From Octopus vulgaris (taxonomy: Eukaryota): DNA of 64,000 nucleotides. Shown in pieces: positions 39,058 through 52,578 of the stretch (the first letter of the stretch is position 1; the number at the start of each line of letters is the position of its first letter). The position numbers and the translations under genes are program-made. The stretch is taken from assembly GCA_951406725.2 (NCBI GenBank), contig OX597830.1, positions 19,158,001 to 19,222,000 on the forward strand, read 5' to 3'. The notes beneath the pieces were generated by a model, which saw only the letters and a program-made list of their open reading frames with translations, had not been told where the DNA came from and made no database searches.

Positions 39058-39399
39058 CCGAGCATTTCACAAAAACTCACTAGAACCACCCAGCGAACTT
39101 CCACCATGGGTCATCACAATTGCTTAAGGTAAAAATGAATTCCTCGCTCTTTCGGAAACATCAATCTTCTGTATTGACCGCTTTCCACCACTTTGATCTG
39201 TTTTTTGTATTGAATACGTATCGCCACCGTGGGCCACTGCATCGAACACTTTGAACATATACTTCAAACTATATATCAACTATACATGAACTATATATCA
39301 ACTATACATGAACTCTAAGATGTCTGACTCCGTTGTGTATTATAAATGAATTTCTTGTGTTTGACGGCATGAGCTGTCTTTTTTTATATATAACTTTTT

Positions 39400-39434
39400 T
39401 TGATAAGGTTCATTTCAGGAACTGAAACATGTTA
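39400..39434 (+). ncRNA. Hammerhead-like motif with U3-A8 core
   Basis: TTGATAA GGTTC atttcag GAACT GAAACATGTT. Palindromic stem III, weak stem I. Confidence 0.5.
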
Positions 39435-39495
39435 TAATGTATATATAAAAATTAAAAATTGTATAATACAGCAGCATTTTCGAACTTCATTTTTT

Positions 39496-39592
<97 letters not shown>

Positions 39593-40157
39593 AGAACTCT
39601 GATTTTGTATGTATGTATGCGCATGCACACTTCTGGTTTTTTCTATGATGTAAATGAATATTTTTCATTATATATGTATTTGTTGAGCTATAATGTATTG
39701 TATTGTATTATATTATTGCTATTATGTTATTATAGTACTATATTATGCTGTTGATGTATTCTATGGGATATTTTCCATCTAATATGTATTGTGAATGGCG
39801 GAATGCATATATTCTTTTACTGGTATTATTATTATTAATAATAATAATAATAATAATAGTAATAATAATAATAATAATAATATTAATAGCATTTTGTAAC
39901 TTAATACAATGAACTCTTGACTTTGTATATGTACATTTTCATGTGTATGTGTGTATGTATATTCTAATATATTGATTTGACTAACTGTAACCTTATATGT
40001 ATGTATATTATTATATATTATTATGTATATACTTATATATATGTAGGTGCATGTGTATATACACTTATATGTATGTGTATATTATATATTATGTATATGT
40101 ACTCATTCTTGTATAGGTGTACCTTCTCTTATATTCATATTTGGATTGTACTTTATA

Positions 40158-40284
40158 ATCTCTGAAGAGGCGTTGGGATATATATGTAAGTATCTCATTT
40201 ATAACCACATATTAACTTAACACACATGGCTAATATGAGCATAATGAGATACTCATATCTACATGGCTGAAACAGCTGTAAGAT
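40158..40284 (+). ncRNA. Type I hammerhead ribozyme with ~100-nt stem II domain
   Basis: atct CTGAAGA GGC..GCT GAAAC AGCT GTA agat. Internal helices agtatctcatt/aatgagatact and catatta/taatatg. Confidence 0.8.
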
Positions 40285-40539
40285 CTAGTTTATATTTATA
40301 TTTATATTTATATTTATTTTTACTTATATTTATTTATACGTATTGTACTTATTGTATCATATTACTCATTAATGTGCACTGTTTTGTTCTGTATTATTGT
40401 GTTTGATTTTGATGTTCATATGTAGTTGGTTAATAAATTATGTGAAAGGGTATTATCTGGTAGTTGATTATTGATTAAAGTGTATTCCTTCATTTTCTTA
40501 TTTTGTATATATATATATAAAGGTGGGGAGTTAGATATC

Positions 40540-40964
40540 TCTTTTACTCTCTTACTCTTTTACTTGTTTCAGTCATCTGACTGCGGCCATGCTGGAGCAC
40601 CGCCTTTAATCGAGCAACTCGACCCCGGGACTTATTCTTTTGTAAGCCCAGTACTTATTCTATCGGTCTCTTTTGCCGAACCGCTAAGTAACGGAGACAT
40701 AAACACACCAGCATCGGTTGTCAAGCAATGCTAGGGGGACAAACACAGACACACAAACACACACACGCATATATATATATATATATATATACATATATAT
40801 ACGATGGGCTTCTTTCAGTTTCCCTCTACCAAATCCACTCACAAGGCTTTGGTCGACCCAAGACTATAGTAGAAGACACTTGCCCAAGATGCCACGCAGT
40901 GGGACTGAACCCGGGACCATGTGGTTGGTAAACAAGCTACTTACCACACAGCCACTCCTGCGCC
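40540..40964 (-). mobile_element. tRNA-derived SINE family A, full length
   Basis: Reverse complement of 44631-45030. Confidence 0.92.
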
Positions 40965-41149
40965 TATGTACATAATATATATGTACATGATGGTCACTAT
41001 CATCGGGTTTGATGTATGAGTGTTTGAAGGAGAAGACTTAAAGTTAAAGAGAGCAATACTTGAAAAGAAAAAACTAAGAAGCTGCATCTTTTTACGATGA
41101 ATATGTGAATGTAATTTAAGTCCAGGCATGGATTTTGCTATGAAGTCGT

Positions 41150-41830
41150 AATGGGGACATTGATGATTTTGATTTTACCTAGGATTGGGCTAGTGTTGAT
41201 TGTGGGATATATTTCTTCTATTGTTCCTTTTCTTCAACTCAAATTGTTTGGATGCATCGGGACACATTTTATGCCATGCAGATCGATCTAGGCAATGACT
41301 TTCCCTAGATGTCTGGTTAACCTGTTGAGATTTTAGTGACTGCTTCAACTTATTCTCATACCTAAGGGGAGGTGTTCTTTTACTGCAATATCCCTCCACT
41401 TGTTGGCCATACAGAAGAATTTTCGGAACACGGTCATTTTTCATTCGAACATGTCCGACCCATTTACACAGAATTCTCATCATCATGCTTTGGATACTGG
41501 AGATATCACATTTTTCTTAAATTCTGGCATTGGATATCCCATCTTGCTATTTTATGTTGCATATGTTGTGCAAACAGGACATGTGGAAGGTTTCAAGTTT
41601 CTTTATATGTAGGGAGACCATGCTTCAGCCCCATACAAAAGTGTGTTCAAAATACAAGATTTGTACGCACTTACTTTCGTTTTCAGACTGACATCATGTA
41701 CACCCCATAAACGATGGGCAAGTCTCCCAAAAGCACTTGTAGCCTTTGCTATTCTAGAATTGATTTCATCAAGAGTACTCTTAAAAGTTTACTCTACTTA
41801 AATGACCTGACCCATTTGAGCGGCTTGTTG
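41150..41830 (-). mobile_element. RTE LINE remnant
   Basis: WVGHVRMKNDRVPKILLYG..RYENKLKQSLK..DRSAW. Confidence 0.8.
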
Positions 41831-41893
41831 TTTATCATGTGTGTGTGTTTGTGAGTGTGTGTGTGTGTATATTGTCGTAACTTGCATTGTAAC

Positions 41894-43505
41894 TGTTGTA
41901 TCCTTTATATGTCAGTATATTAATACACCCACTTCGATTATTGCAGTATTGCTATAAGCTCTGTAAGACACGACTCTCAACACAGTCTATGATGTACTCC
42001 CCAATACTGGCCAACGTCACCTTACTTATAGTGACTGGCTATTCCACTCATCACATGGGAAGTGTGCATTATTATTACTAATTCCCTACAACATCTCCTC
42101 TCTTAAGTTTTATTTAGCAATAATTTTTTCATCACCCCAACCTCCCTTTTTAGACTTCTTTTTTCTTTTTAGTTACACACAGTATTTTTTGTGCTTGGCA
42201 TCTATCTTGAGGGACTCTGTATTTTTTTTTCTCTCACTTGTACCCCTAGGTTCAATCACCTGCAATGGCATTGATACTTGGAACATATCGTACAACCATT
42301 CCATTGGTTCCTCCAACTTCTTGGGTTTGCTTTCCACAGATCTCTTTTCCTGTTGGTTCCTATGTTTCTTTTGTATGCCTTTTCTACTTTTTTCCCAATA
42401 CACCATTTTACCTATGTATTTGGTAATTTCGCTTTCTTGTAAGTTCTGCTTTCCATTTCCTCACATACACCTTATAACCAACTTTAAAAAGTCTTGCTGT
42501 GTCTTCCCTGGCACTTTTTCTTTTCCTGCTAAGTGGCAATTTATCAAAAACTGACTTTACTTTCCTTGCAAATATCAGCTCCGCTGGTGAGCTACCTGCT
42601 GGTATATTCAGATTTGGTGTTACACGGTACATTCTTAAAAATTGTTGTAGAGCTACCTCATCCATGTTTTCCTTACTTGCGTTTCTTAAAGCTCTTTTGG
42701 AGGTATCAACAAAGCATTCTGCCTGTCCATTAGATCTGGGATGGTATGGCACTATAGTTATATGTTCTACCGTAAACATTTCACAATTTTTTTTTAATTT
42801 GCTAGACACAAATTGCATTCCATTGTCTTCAATTACTTGTCCCAAGTATTTGAGTTTTTTTCTTCTTTTCAGCAAGAATTTAGACTTTTAAATTTAATAT
42901 AAGCCACATCATCATCATCATCATCATCGTTTAACGTCCGTTCTCCATGCTAGCATGGGTTGGACGGTTCGACCGGGGATCTGGGAAGCCAGAAGGCTGC
43001 ACCAGGCTCCAGTCTTATCTGGCAATGTTTCTACAGCTGGATGCCTTTCCTAACACCAACCACTCCATGAGTGTAGTGGGTGCTTTTTACGTGCCACCTG
43101 CACAGGTGCCAGGCAAGGCTGGCAACAGCCACGGTCGGATTGGTGCATTTTATGTGTGTGTTAATTTTTTAAACGAATGTGAACATGTGCGACTAAAAAT
43201 TTGTTCACCCTTGTTGAAAAATCAGTACAAACTCTTTGTTTGTCATTCTTCTTTTTCACATAAACTGTCAGTCCTGCCCAGTCTGCATGGTCATTCTTTT
43301 ACAATTATTTCAGGACTTCCCAGTCTTTCCAGTTCTTTGTTAACCAGATCTATTGCTGCAAACGGTACATTTCTTTTTGACCTACATACAGGCATTCCAC
43401 TTTGTTTTACTGCGATTTTGTGCTTCTGTTCCCTCAGCTGCATTTGAAACTTCGACTGAAACAACTATATTTCTACACAAAACATTTATGGGTGTATTCC
43501 ATAGA
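41894..43505 (-). mobile_element. Gypsy LTR retrotransposon relic (3' LTR 41894-42093, PPT, integrase fragment), interrupted by an RTE tail at 42908-43155
   Basis: TGTTGTA..TACAACA ends. Minus-strand PPT aagagaggaga. Integrase PYHPRSNGQAE..YRVTP..SPAELIFAR. Confidence 0.85.
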
Positions 43506-43509
43506 TTGA

Positions 43510-43885
43510 ATAGTTCTTTCTACTCTGCACACTGACATTACACATCCAGCGGATCATGCTAGCCTCATCTCTTTCAAGCCTATGCATGTCCTACGCAGTC
43601 ATGGCCCATGTTTCATTGCTATGAAGCATGGCAGTTCACACACATGTATCATACAATCTACCTTTCACTCTGAGCGAGAGACCCTTTGTTGCCAGTAAGG
43701 GTAGAAGCTTTCTGAACTTTGCCCAGGCTATTCTTATTCTAGTGATAACACTCTCTGAGCATCCACACCCGCTACTAACTTGGTCCCCTAGGTAGCGGAA
43801 GCTATCAACTACTTCTAGTTTCTCCCCCTTGAGTGTGACGGAATCTGTTTTCTGAGTATCTGTGGTGTCTATTGCCCCTGTATAA
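43510..43885 (-). mobile_element. RTE LINE RT fragment
   Basis: Homologous to 31950-32290. Confidence 0.8.
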
Positions 43886-44396
43886 CATATATATGTTTAT
43901 ATATAAATAGTTTATTTTGGCTGTTATTATGGAGTTTCCAGAATGTGTAGCCAAGTCCAAACTGGCTAAAACACATGTCTCTGGACTATGATAGAAAAAA
44001 TATCACAGAAAGAGCATTAATATAACTAGTGTGAATGTAATAATTACAAAATAATAAACACACTTACAGAAGAAGAAATGCCAAGATGGAAGGAGAGTGG
44101 GAAAGAGAAAAATGATTCACTGCATACAGGTACACACATATATGCATACACACACACACATCCACATGCTTGCATGCACACAATGCATATATGCAAACTT
44201 ATGCACACTTTGGTCTGTCTTTTGGTATTTGTTCAGAGATTGTTAAGATGACAAATTAACAAAAGGGTCATAAAAGGAGTGACCCCAAAAAAAGGTGAAA
44301 AAAAAAAAAATTATAAATCATAAATCTGTCTGACAATATATAAAGCTGTGCTGATAATAGCCGCATGGAATGGCATTTGTTCACAACAACAACAGC

Positions 44397-44427
<31 letters not shown>

Positions 44428-44630
44428 GCAACAGTAAAAATAACTATATTAATAATGGTTTCAAACTTTAGTACCAAGTCAACAGGGTTGGGGAAGTGGG
44501 TAAGTCGATTACATCTACCTCAGCACACAACTAGTAATTATTTTATCGGCCCCAAAAGGATGAAAGCCAAAGTCGACCTTGAGGAGTATGTGTTAGACTC
44601 TGTTGAGAGTTTACAATGAATATACAAGTA

Positions 44631-45030
44631 GGCGCAGGAGTGGCTGTGTGGTAAGTAGCTTGCTAACCAACCACATGGTTACGGGGTCAGTCCCACTGCG
44701 TGGCATCTTGGGCAGGTGTCTTCTGCTATAGCCCCGGGCCGACCAATGCCTTGTGAGTGGATTTGGTAGACGGAAACTGAAAGAAGCCTGTCGTATATAT
44801 GTATATATATGTATGTGTGTGTGTCTGTGTTTGTCTCCCTAGCATTGCTTGACAACCGATGCTGGTGTGTTTACGTTCCCGTCACTTAGCGGTTCGGCAA
44901 AAGAGACCGATAGAATAAGTACTGGGCTTACAAAGAATAAGTCCTGGGGTCGATTTGCTCGACTAAAGGCGGTGCTCCAGCATGGCCGCAGTCAAATGAT
45001 TGAAACAAGTAAAAGAGAAAAAGAGAGAGA
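44631..45030 (+). mobile_element. tRNA-derived SINE family A, full length
   Basis: A-box TGGCTGTGTGG, B-box-like GGGTCAGTCCC, CORE-like cttgggcaggtgtctt, internal TG microsatellite, purine-rich tail. More than 10 copies in the window. Confidence 0.92.
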
Positions 45031-46082
45031 AGTACTTCCTCTCCGTCTTCAATTGCTTATTTTTCATTTATGGGTAGCAATTGACAGGAGTTGGAGCAGT
45101 TGTACAAGTAGGTGAACAAAAAAAGGAATCTAGCATTCAACACATTTTGTCAGTGTCATAAACGCCTATAATAGAATGACTCATACATGTGGTTGTACTT
45201 ATACACTCTCACACACACACTCATATATTTATATACACATATACTTACACATAGAGACAATCACACGTACAGGTATGTATTTTACTGTTTAAGTAGTGTT
45301 TTTGAGTAATAGTTTTAATTAATGTTTTTAAAAATAATGAGTGTGTATGCACCCATGCAAATATATACATATACACATATGCACACTCACACACACACAT
45401 ATACACAGAATTATATATTCATGTATACAAATACATATATGCATATATGCACACACGCACACATAGGCGTGCACCTTCACATATTAAAACATATATCAAT
45501 AAAACTTATTAATAAAACATTTTGAAACCAGCATTCTTTCTGAATCAGATCGAAATTCAAGGAGGCTTGTATTTGCATAAAAGATACTTAGACACATACC
45601 TACATGGTGCTAACAGTTCAGTTCTTTTTTTCAAACTACTACTGCCCTGAGTCAAAATTCTCGACTCTTCATTCAAAAGTTGCACCACATCTTTGACTTG
45701 AAGCTTACCAGTATCCACGCAAGGTATTATTTTCCCCATGGTTGGATATGTCTTACAGAAGGCTGGAAATGACGAACATTGCTTGAATGATAGCGACACT
45801 CATAACGGTTACATGATGTCAAGACAAGGAGATACAAACACTCACACACACACACATGTATATGATGGGTTTCTTTCACTTTCCGCCTACCAAATCGACT
45901 CACAAGTTTTTGGTTAGCCTGGGATTATAGTAAAAGGCATTTGCCTACTGTACCACTCAGAAAAACAATGCCACAAATTCTTGTTGAACAAGCTGTGCAG
46001 GTGATTTCTTTGTAATGCTCAAATGTTTGTGCTACACATTAACTAACTCCTTCCATCGAATCAACATTGTCCACACAGGGAC

Positions 46083-46470
46083 GGAGGCGCAATGGCCCAG
46101 TGGTTAGGGCAGTAGACTCGCGGTCATAGGATCGCGGTTTCGATTCCCAGACCGGGCGTTGTGAGTGTTTATTGAGCAAAAACACCTAAAGCTCCATGAG
46201 GCTCCGACAGAGGATGGTGGTGATCCCTGCTGTACTCTTTCACCACAACTTTCTCTCACTCTTACTTCCTGTTTCTGTTGTACCTGTATTTCAAAGGGCC
46301 GGCCTTGTCACTCTCTGTGTCACGCTGAATATCCCCGAGAACTACGTTAAGGGTACACGTGTCTGTGGAGTGCTCAGCCACTTACACGTTAATTTCACGA
46401 GCAGGCTGTTCCGTTGATTCGGATCAACCGGAACCCTCATCGTCGTAACCGACGGAGTGATTCCATCCAT
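46083..46470 (+). mobile_element. tRNA-derived SINE family C relative
   Basis: TGGCCCAGTGG A-box, GGTTTCGATTCC B-box, (ATCC) tail. Confidence 0.85.
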
Positions 46471-46688
46471 ACAGGGCATTGCATTGTGTATCACATGTCA
46501 AATGTCAAAGCAATCACAGAGCAACATGAGGTGAAGTGTTTTCTTCAAGAATACAAAACATTGCCTGATCAAGGAACTGAAACCTTGCTCTCACACTCAG
46601 AGGCGCAACGAATTCAACTTATATAGGAATGAAAATTCACCAAACGAAATATTGCCAGTAAACCATGGGAAAACTGTTCCACAAACAC

Positions 46689-46998
<310 letters not shown>

Positions 46999-47080
46999 AT
47001 ACTAATAAAAAGGGTTCAGCAAAGAATTGCCTCACCACACACTGAAGTTCAGAAATAGCAGCCAAAAATCTTAGCCATTT

Positions 47081-47141
<61 letters not shown>

Positions 47142-47181
47142 GAAAGAAGGTTTGAAAATGCAATTTAAAAGATGTTTATTT

Positions 47182-47222
47182 ACTTAACCGGTTTCACTCT
47201 TTGGAAAAAGATTGTCAAAAGT
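47182..47222 (-). ncRNA. Hammerhead-like motif with U3-A8 core in a PLE terminal fragment
   Basis: Minus: actt TTGACAA TCTTT ttcc AAAGA gt GAAACCG GTT aagt. Confidence 0.55.
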
Positions 47223-47744
47223 AACATATGGAAGTTTGGTTGCGTTAATTATTGGTTGTTGCAAATTACTACATTACATGTATATATACAGTCTTTGGTA
47301 ACAGGGACATGTTAAGGACATAAAAAAGTACAACAGTATGATGAGAATATAAAGAGGTTTAACAAGCTCATTGAAAAAATGGGCAGAAAAGATTAAAACA
47401 AATATATTATACATCTTATCCGTTATCCAAGATGTGTTCTATTTTGTTTGTTAGTGTGCATGTCTGTAGGTCAGTGTCCGTGCACATATGCATATGTATG
47501 TATGTATGTATGTATGCATGTATGATTGTATGTATGTATGTATGTATGTAGTCATACCCCTATACCCACAGATTATATATGTATACAAGTAGAATAGGTA
47601 GTGGGATGTTATGTAGATGTATGTATGTGTGTATATATATATATGTGTGTATATATGTTTATGTATATGTACATATGTACATACGTATACATATATGTGT
47701 TTGTATGCAGGTAAATGGATATGAATGTAAACAGATAGACATAC

Positions 47745-47804
<60 letters not shown>

Positions 47805-47837
47805 TGATGCATAGATAGATAGATAGATAGATAGATT

Positions 47838-47897
<60 letters not shown>

Positions 47898-47933
47898 TAT
47901 AGATAGATAGATAGATAGATAGATTGATTGATG

Positions 47934-48020
<87 letters not shown>
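47745..48020. repeat. (AGAT)n microsatellite
   Basis: Direct reading. Confidence 0.95.
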
Positions 48021-48022
<2 letters not shown>

Positions 48023-48056
48023 GTAGGTAGGTAGGTAGGTAGGTAAGTAGGTAGGT

Positions 48057-48230
48057 ACGTATATTTCCTATTTAGTACGAGGGATGTTTCATTTATGATG
48101 ACGTACTCCTGTACTTGTCTGTGTGTTGGGGCCTTCGAGTGTTCAAGCATGTGAAGGACCCAACACAGACAAATACAGGATTACGTCATCATAAATCAAA
48201 CATCGCCAGTACTAAATAGGAAATATACGT
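48057..48230. mobile_element. Palindromic MITE (~175 bp)
   Basis: acgtatatttcctatttagtac / gtactaaataggaaatatacgt. Arms pair for ~80 bp around a ~16-nt loop. Confidence 0.85.
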
Positions 48231-48261
48231 GGTAGGTAGTCATACGCCTATACCTACAGTT

Positions 48262-48298
<37 letters not shown>

Positions 48299-48312
48299 CA
48301 TACATACATACA

Positions 48313-48388
<76 letters not shown>

Positions 48389-48389
48389 C

Positions 48390-48453
<64 letters not shown>

Positions 48454-48571
48454 GATAGAATAGTTAGTGGGTTGTTTTGTAGATGTATATATGTGTATAT
48501 ATTTATATGTGTATATATGTTTATGGTTGTGTATATACGTATATGTATATGTATACGTATATGTATATGCA

Positions 48572-51500
48572 CATAGACATGCAGGAAGTAACTAGACACT
48601 TTCAATTTTCAAAATCTTTTATTTAATACACAAAGCAAACAACTGAAATGTAATCGATAGGTAGGACTACATACTTTAGTATTTAGTTGACATTCCCTTT
48701 GCAGTTTTTAATTCAGAAACTCTTTTTGGCATTGTAACGAACTTCGTGAGTGTTGTGAATATCTTCTCTTGTACTTTCGGGGTACAAGAAAGCAATCACT
48801 AGCCGTTGCTTTAATAATCCAGAATTCTACCAGTCAGAAACAACAAGACGCAAACGTAATATATATATATAACTACTTTATTCTCTTTCTTGGTAACAGT
48901 AACAATAAGTGTGTTATCTGATGTCCTTGGTTCTGGGCGCGCAAGGCTGAAAGTTAATCGATTGTAATATTTACAATGTTCAGCCGCCAAAACAGAACGG
49001 GTCAAAATGGCGTCTGGAGGAAGAAGATGATGTCTGCAACAATCCAGGTTAAAGGCCTTTTGGTAAGGACTGCTAGAAGCAAGTTCGAACGGAGAGAAAA
49101 TATGCGTGACCGTCTCCTTCAATCGCTGCTGTCCCAAGTCCCCGCTTGCTGCTGCTAGTGGTCAAACGTTCTACGATCCCCCTGCCTTGGCCAGGGTCGT
49201 GCTTCCGGTGGTTCGCGCATGCGCGAGAGGGCCCTTCCTTTCTGTGCCTTGGTGAAGGCACCAACACTCGCACGCGCGAGATAGAAAATAGACGGTGCGC
49301 GCGCGCGCCGCTATATAGCGTCACTACAAGGCTCCCCTCCAGTGGGTAGCACGACACAAAATTCTTTGTAGTGACTTTAAAACTCAAGGTGGACACCAGA
49401 CAACCAAATAGCACACAATATAATAAAATGGCAAAATTTATAACATACACAAGAAATTTACTAAAGGAAAAAAGAGAAAAAAAAATACTCAATGAGCAAA
49501 AATCAAGAGTGCATGCATGAAAGTGTATACATTACATAGTATAAACCCTTCCGCTGAAAGGAGCGGAGGGAAAGCAAAACTCACAGTTAATGAACCTAGG
49601 CGAAAATTAAATCCAACTTCTCTAAATGTGGTTGATCCTGCGGAATAGCAGTTAAATCAATTGCTGCAGGAGAGGAAATGGAATTGACAGAAGCTCGCTA
49701 GTAACACAAAAGGCAAAAGTGCAAACATGCTGGTGTGATGCGCGACACAGATAATTTTCTGTTAATTACGTGACCAACAGTGGTCTAACAGGGAAAAATA
49801 ATTACGCCTAAACATGGCGCAGCGCATGTGAACATCCGACGTCCTATGAGTCGGGAAAAGAATTAAGCTAGCGCAAACGTGTTGCAAAAAACAAGGCAAT
49901 ACACGTGCGAAGCAAGGCGCATGAAATGCAATAGTGCTTGCCAGACCAAAAAACAGCAAGAATATGCCAGTGGTTGAGCGATTATATGCCTCGTTCGCAC
50001 AGGAACAAAAGTATGACATGCTGGCGCGTTATAATGGACAAACAACCCTCTCTATGTATACGTGACCGCTAGGGTCTACAGAAATGAGGGGTGTCCACAA
50101 AAGGCAAATTTAGCATGGAACAAAACAAGCGAGAAAAGCATGTGTGACGTATGTATGTGAGAGAGAGCATTTATGTGTGTGTACGTGTGTGCGACAGAAA
50201 TACATACAAGGTGAATGCGAGCAAAATATAAAAACAGCGCATAGAAAAAATGTCTCTCAAGGCCATTCCAGACAAGAGTTAATTTACCAGTCTCTAATAG
50301 CCTGATGCACAATAGCAGTTCGTTCTGTAACAGAATGTTGAGATCACAAATGCAGATGCCGATTGAACACATATCGTGTAGCGGTTGTGGCTTCAATGCT
50401 GTGACAGGTTAACTGGAACAGAAGAAATCTCGTAGATAGTGCTGGGCTGTGAATTCTTGGTGTGCTAATGCACAAACGGCAAGTGGACCAAACTTCCGCG
50501 AGTTGCTATGTACATCTTGGTGGTGTTGAAAGGCGACGGTGGTGGAGGAAGGCGACTGTAGTGGACTTGAGACAACATCGTTCTTAGTGATGATGGCGAC
50601 GAAGATAGCGACGACGTGAAGTAGAAAGACGACGATGATGATGACGAAGGCAGAGAAAAAAGCATCGATGATATGATGGCGTTCGTCATCATGGCTGTAG
50701 AATAAGAAAGAGGCTCCTTCTACAACTGTTTGTGGTGGCCGGAAACAAATCGTCGAAAGATGATGACTGCGTAGAGTTAAATCGTGTTCCGACTTCGCAG
50801 AAAAACTGGATTTCTTTGTTGTTAAGTGATCTCTGGTTTTAGACCAGAATCACGTCGGGGGGTCACCACTGTAACGAACTTAGTGTGAGTGAATATCTTG
50901 TCTTGTACTTTCGGGGTACAAGAAAGCAATCACTAGCCGTTGCTTTAATAATCCAGAATTCTACCAGTCAGAAACAACAAGACGCAGACGTAAAATATAT
51001 ATATATTACTTTATTCTCTTTCTTGGTAACAATAACAATAAGTGGTTATCTGATGTCCTTGGTTCGGGGCGCGCAAGGCTGAAAGTTAATCGATTGTAAT
51101 ATTTACAATATTCAGCCGCTAAAACCAGAACGGGTTCAAGATGGCGTCGAACAGGGAAGTTGAATGTGGTCGGCAACAATTTGGTTAAAGGCATTCGGCC
51201 GACTGCTGCTAGAATCAAGTCCTGACGGAGAGAGAATATACGTGACCGTTGCCTTCGATAGCCATGTCTCAAAGTCCCCGCTGACTGCTGCTAGTGGTCA
51301 AACGTTCTACGACCCCCTTGCCTCGCTAACTGCCGTAGGCAATAGGGTTCTTCTTCCGGTGCTTCGCGCATGCGCGAGAGGGCCCTTCCTTTCTGTGCCT
51401 TGGTGAAAGCACCAACACTCGCACGCGCGAGATAGAAAATGGACGGTGCGCGCGCGCGCCGCTATATAGCGTCACTACAGCATTGAACTGATGAGCTTTG

Positions 51501-52578
51501 TGATTGTCTCTTGTGGAATTTCTGCCCTCTTTTCATGCAACAATCAAAACAATTCATCTTTAGATTTAGGTTTCTACTGAGTCTTTCATATAGCTCTATC
51601 TAGTATGCTCCAAAGATTTTCAATTGGGTTCATGTCAGGAGATTGGCTCGGCCAAGGAAACTTTTTGATCCCATTTTCAGTCAGCCATTGTTGATTCCTT
51701 TTCACTGTGTGACATGGAGCCCCATCTTACATGAATAAAAACTCATTTTTCGGTATGTTATCATATGAATACATCGGAAGTAGCCCTTACTTAAGTATTT
51801 TGATGTATTTTTTCAGAGATTATGGTTCCAACACATTTGATCAGCTCAGAACGACCATTGCTGGTGACAGCTCCTCATACCATGATAGAAATACCACAAT
51901 GTTTCACAGTTGGTTGGAGTCGCTTCAAATCAAATTCTTGATTGGGAAGCCTCCAGACCCAAACACGTCCACTGTCTGAAAATAATGCAAATCTGGATTC
52001 ATCTGAGAAAATCACTCTATCCCAAAATGAACTGGATTTTTCTGACATCCCCTTAGCCCATTTCTTTCCTTTCATAATATTAATTGGTTCAGGGAAAGGT
52101 TTTCTTCTAGCTGCTTGTCCATAATACCCAAGCTTATGCAGATATGTAACACACGTCCTTGGACTAACTCCTAGCTGTTTTGCAATGTCAGAGGCCTTCG
52201 AACGGGGTTTGTTTTGCACAATTCTCTCAAACAGCGAAGCTTCCTTTTCCAGGGCCCAGGTCGGCCAGGACGAGAATCTGTTGATATTTTTCCTTGGCTT
52301 TTGAATTGCACTATAATTCTATTAACAGTAGCAAGAGGAATTTGAAGATTTTTGGCAATTTTGAAAACTTTTCTAAGACCAACCGCAGATTGCCCAACAA
52401 TACGACCTCTTTGAAAATCTGACAGTTCTGCTGAATTTTTTGTGCGTGGCATGGTTACTCTTCGCAAATGTTTAATATAATGGCACCTGGAATGAAAAAA
52501 AGAATAATTACATATTAAGACGCTTAGATCAGAAATTTTGAAAATTCAAGGTGTCTATTTACTTCCTGCATGTCTGTG
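48572..52578 (-). mobile_element. Tc1-like transposon, degraded, split by an LTR element
   Basis: ~44-bp TIRs (ca[tc]agacatgcaggaagtaa.tagacac). Transposase [41 protein letters not shown]-terminus KLISSM|PKRVSELKTAKGMSTKY* is rejoined across the insertion. Confidence 0.92.
48733..51479 (-). mobile_element. Non-autonomous Gypsy-type LTR element (LTRs 48733-49328 and 50870-51479)
   Basis: TG..CA LTRs of ~600 bp, 4-bp TSD GCAT, minus-strand PBS TGGTGACCCCCCGACG (tRNA-Trp-like), PPT GGAGGGGAG. The 1.5-kb interior has no recognisable pol. Confidence 0.92.

Larger units (their letters stand above)
36481..40506 (+). mobile_element. Penelope-like retroelement (Neptune-type), 5'-truncated, with long 3' region
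   Basis: RT plus GIY-YIG ORF, then tandem promoter-like repeats, two hammerhead motifs, and a terminus in a TA tract. Confidence 0.92.

Noticed and set aside
46083-46160. tRNA gene
   Set aside because: It has A and B boxes but no complete cloverleaf, and it continues into a SINE body. The same applies at 23800-23878.
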